From Asterias rubens (lineage: Eukaryota): DNA of 64,000 nucleotides. Made by a program: the position numbers and the translations under genes. Below, piece by piece: positions 60,001 to 64,000 of this stretch. How positions within the stretch are numbered: position 1 is the first letter of the stretch; the number at the start of each line of letters is the position of its first letter. The notes beneath the pieces were generated by a model. The model made no database searches and had not been told where the DNA came from. It was given only the letters and a program-made list of their open reading frames with translations. The stretch is taken from the NCBI RefSeq assembly GCF_902459465.1, contig NC_047076.1, forward strand, positions 13,020,001 through 13,084,000, in the 5' to 3' direction.

Positions 60001-61467
60001 CCTTGAGTGGCTGACACGATCAGAGAAATCTGAAACAAATTAAAGTAAGACAATGGGCAACTTTACATTGGTTATGCAGTTGACTCAATTCATTTAAATC
60101 CAGGTTTGGCGAAATGGCTCTTTCAAATACAAACAATTAATAAAAACAATGGTCAAGTCTTGCTGTGAACAAGTAAAATAAAGGACTGTGGACTCTGCTG
60201 TGTTCATAAAAATGCAATAAGTGGAAGAAGTCACTGTGTCTCACCTATTTTACCGCTCAATAACTTCTTGTCTTTGAACTTGCCAAAGGCAACATTTGGG
60301 TCCACATTGAGTTGTTCAACACTCTCACTCATCAACTCTTCCTGTTGAAGAAGAAACAATAATCAACATTTTGTTTTAACAACTTCTTTGATACATTCAC
60401 AGTGTACTGGCAGCAAAAGAAAATGCATATTTCTATGCTACTAACTTTCTAAATAATGTGATGAGCATGCTCTTTTTTTCATTTGGAAGAAAACTAGAAT
60501 TCTCTCACTCTTAACTTATTCTTGTAGTATTACTACAAAGTTTTAAATAAGTCTTATATTAAATATTAATCGTAATCATCCAACCCAATGATTTGTATGT
60601 TTGACTTGAATGCCTTACCCCGCCATGCTGCTGGTCATCCTCTGGTAGATCAGTCGTCTCGTACAGGTCCGGTTGGGTATCCTTTAAAAAAAACAAGACC
60701 ATGGACATTTTTAAAACTTGTTTGTTATTCAATAATTCTTTTAATTTATAAAAATATTAATGTCAATAGTCATCTTTTTCTGTAAAAAGACTAAAATTAA
60801 ATTAATGAGGTTAACTATGGGGATGTTCTCACATTCATGTTAAGCACAAACTTGCTTATAGGAATGGGCTATAACTTGAGCTTTGCATTCAACATCATCC
60901 AAAGACACAATTTTTGTTTAAATAGTTTAATCTTATTTAATTTCTTAAATTATCATTTATAAATTTTTCTCTTTATTACCTAATTTATTTGAAATTAATC
61001 ACTGAATAGTCTCAATAGAAGACCTCTGAGTCTGAGCTAGCAAGCTGAACACATTTAAAATTTAAAATAAACAAAATTATGAAATCCGTTTTGATCCAGA
61101 AAAAGTACGGTTGGTCATGAGGTCGAGTTGGTATAAACTACGAGAACAGTGTGGCTATTGACATGATGGGGCCGAAAGACACCGGTCTCACGTGCCGTAC
61201 ACTCGGTACACAACTGCCGAACCGCCCTGCTTCCCCCGAGGCTGTGCGCCGGAGTCCTAACGTTGCCGCGCCCACACGTACAAATCTAAAACCTGTCATA
61301 AAAAGTCGAAAAATTTAACACTAAACACAAAAATGGAGCAGCTTATTCCTCTTGTTCTTATAAACGATACACATTCATAAAACAGACTAAAAATATGTTC
61401 TCAATCAGCATTTTCACGTCGATTTACTTACGATTCCCGGCAAATTTGCGTATTTTGGGTCCGCCAT
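54057..61467 (-). CDS. DCTN2: Dynactin subunit 2 (p50 dynamitin), 403 aa, 13 coding exons
   Basis: Exons 61467-61432, 60681-60619, 60341-60245, 60029-59962, 59513-59415, 58943-58786, 58392-58239, 58062-57997, 57710-57672, 57481-57332, 55293-55191, 54676-54585, 54143-54057 (1212 nt, GT-AG, in phase). Diagnostic segments: MADPKYANLPGI, DLYETTDLPEDDQ, DFSDRV, KETPVQKFQRLQHE, ITYELHYTPEQAKFSQ, LKDLHEQ. Confidence 0.96.
58418..58705. mobile_element. Truncated TTAA-family MITE ~25 nt from the DCTN2 exon 7 acceptor
   Basis: ttaaagacactggacactataggttattgtcaaagaccagtcttctcacttgg... Confidence 0.75.
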
Positions 61468-62085
61468 CTTTAATTTATTTGCCACGTGACAGGCAAACGA
61501 GAATCTCAGACAATTAACAATTTGTTTTCAGTAAAAGATTGTGTTTTCGTCTGAAAATATAAAAACATATTGCAGGTAGAATTTGGGTAAAGAATTTGAG
61601 ATTTTTTTTCAGTTTAAACGGATTTTTTAGTGAATAACTGAAATAAATTAAATGAGCTTTCGTAAACCTCGCGAGAATTGTTAAACAGCACATGATGTCA
61701 TTCATTTAGCTCAGTGGCAAAAAGTAGGTGGATACTCTGTGAAGTCTCGCCGACTTTGCAGTGTAAATAGCAAATTTATTAACAAAAGTGTCGTAAACTG
61801 CCGCTGTAATCCTGCCATGTCGGTGCTGAGGAATCCACGGCGTCCGTAGACACTTCTGACGTCTCAATATCGGCGATTCAAGGGTGAAACTTACGTTTTT
61901 ATACCCGATGATGATGTGCAGAAAATCGCCGGCTGTGTGCATAAAATCCCATTGAATTACATTAGCACTGACTCAGTGACATTGACATTGCAACAATATT
62001 GAGTGTGTAGTTTGTGTCAAATATCAACAAAGATTGAAACTGGGCTACATTCCTTTACTGCAGAACTGAGAACTAAAGAACAAAC
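61468..62085. promoter_or_regulatory. Putative bidirectional promoter and 5'UTRs of DCTN2 and KIF5
   Basis: 618 bp between divergent ATGs; CpG-richer than the flanks; YY1-like CCGCCATCTT 61461-61470, E-box GCCACGTGAC 61481-61490, AP-1 TGACTCA 61969-61975. Confidence 0.7.
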
Positions 62086-63417
62086 ATGGCTGATGCGGAT
62101 GAGTGCAATATTAAAGTGGTATGTCGGGTGCGGCCGATGAACAGCAGCGAGTTGGCGTCAAAGTCGACTGTTGCCACCAAATTCCAAGGAGATGATACTG
62201 TTTCTATGGGAGTAAGTTGCGAGTTGTTGTACTTCATTTGTTATGTGTTTCCATCAAGATGTTATAACGGTTAAGTTTAACAAATGAAAGTATTGTGTTG
62301 TAAATGTTATTTTATTTATCTTTGTTTATTAAAAGTGTTGTGTTGAACAGCTGTCAAATAATCTAAATTATGATTATGATAATGTCAATGATGTGTATTT
62401 AATTAAAAGATATTTTTTAACTAGCAATCATCGTATAAATAATCCAACTTTACATGCCATCATGTTTAAGGCCCAGGGTAAGAGGCTGAGTTTTAATTTT
62501 GAACAATCTTTTTCCGTCTGCAACTCGGTGCTTGAACCTCAATAAATGGTTGAGTCATTGAACCAGTATTGCATGCAGAATGACATTGATACCAGCATAC
62601 GATTTGCTGCATGTTGGATTGAAGAGATCAATCTGGTAGTATGGTATGCTACATGCAACGCTGGTTCATGATGATAACCAACAGTTCATACACATCTACA
62701 TCTTCTCGATACTCGGCAAAGTCCACTTATTCTGTAAAAGCTGAGGTGAAGACTACAATGTTATGTAGGTGTGCGTGAAACAGGTGTAAAGTTGTGCTTT
62801 AGTAGTAAATAAGTGCAAGTACATGTAAGTGCACCTTTCATCCAATCATCCATGCGCCAACAGGATGAATGGGAAGTCATGAAGAAATGTTCGGTTTTAG
62901 GAAGGAAAGAAAACCTCCAAAGCTCAGTGGGGAAAACCTGCACAACACATCAGGTACAGACTAAAAACCAAATCCACATGTGAGCTCCGGTCTGAGGTGG
63001 GATTCAACACATCAGATACAGACTAAAAACCAAGTCCACATGTGAGCTCTGGTCTGAGGTGGGATTCGAACGAGGTCAACAGCAATGTGAAAGGCAGGGA
63101 AAGTAACCACTAATCCAACTTGATGTCATGATGACATCTCTGTCCTAACTCTATGGTGAAATGAAATCATCTTTGCTTTCTCAAAGATGAAATTCCAGGT
63201 GTGATTGTTCTGTCAAATCTGCAGGTTTTTCTTGCCCCTTTTCAATAATTGTACACAAAGTTTAGGTGCATACATGTTTCTACATGTAACTTGATTAATG
63301 TTGTTTGTTGTTGTTTGTTTATTCCTCAGGGAAAAGTTTTTGTCTTTGACAGAGTTTTCCGACCGATATCAACACAGGAAGAAGTGTACAACAAATGTGC
63401 CAAAGCCATCGTCAAAG
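62086..63417 (+). CDS. KIF5: Kinesin-1 heavy chain (KIF5/Khc), first two coding exons; gene continues beyond the window
   Basis: Exons 62086-62211 ([19 protein letters not shown]...) and 63330-63417 ([29 protein letters not shown]); GT-AG junctions, phases 0 then 1. Confidence 0.93.
62925..63115 (-). mobile_element. tRNA-SINE-like fragment with an internal ~59-bp tandem duplication (relative at 56730-56850)
   Basis: Minus-strand gttcgaatcccacc B box; duplicated cacatcag(g/a)tacagactaaaaaccaa(a/g)tccacatgtgagctc unit. Confidence 0.6.
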
Positions 63418-64000
63418 GTATAAATCTTTCTTTCTTACCCGTGATAGGTCACTAACCTTCAGACATGATACATATAAAATGGCAAACAAATCATAGAAAT
63501 AAATTACAAGGAGGTCAGTGAGGTCATTGCCTCTCTTGCCCCTGGTCTTGACCTTGGTGCCCCTTCAAAAGTTCCCATAGACTTTAATATTCAATGGAAG
63601 AGCCTCTTGCAAAATGAACATGGCCTTGCCATTTCAAAGTTGAAGTTCCGGGCCTTCACCTATGTAAACAATGTACATGACAGCATCTCATGAAGTCTTA
63701 TGTCCACTTGTTACATAATACTTGTTATAAACAATGAATAATTTTGATAATAAAACAAAATTGGCTAGAGACACTTTTGCCCTTTTGCTTTGTTCTAGAA
63801 TGGACAGTGGGATAATATTTTCTACTATGTTTCATACTTTGTCAAGATGGTCTGGGGGTCGTCCGAGAGTGTCAGGGTTATCCTGTTTCTTTATTTACGT
63901 GTTTATGTCAGTTATACTGTTTATTTGATGTAATTTCTATAAACCTTTTTATCTTCTCCATTTTTTTAAGGTTTTTAGGAAATAAATAAAAAATAAACTA

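Overview
AT-rich, intron-containing animal genomic DNA, probably an invertebrate deuterostome such as a sea star (inferred from repeat style and gene structure; species not determinable). 1-23.3 kb: tandem array of + strand class A (rhodopsin-family) GPCR genes with intronless CDS, in the order A, B1, C1, truncated B, B2, C2. The array arose from three older paralogues through a ~9 kb tandem duplication (3108-12110 / 12119-23270) and a nested 2461-bp duplication that created a truncated, in-frame chimeric B receptor. 23-31 kb: non-coding and repeat-rich, with a candidate minus-strand promoter and first exon. 31.5-64 kb: four conserved multi-exon genes assembled by hand from GT-AG junctions: a homeodomain-containing ceramide synthase (CERS5/6-like, minus), RPL27 (plus), DCTN2/dynamitin (minus) and the first two exons of kinesin-1 heavy chain (KIF5, plus). 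DCTN2 and KIF5 are head-to-head with 618 bp between start codons, the arrangement I recall for human DCTN2-KIF5A. Many MITE-like elements, tRNA-derived SINEs and a 102-bp intronic minisatellite are present. I found no rRNA, true tRNA or CRISPR array. All alignments were done by eye; nothing was searched against databases.
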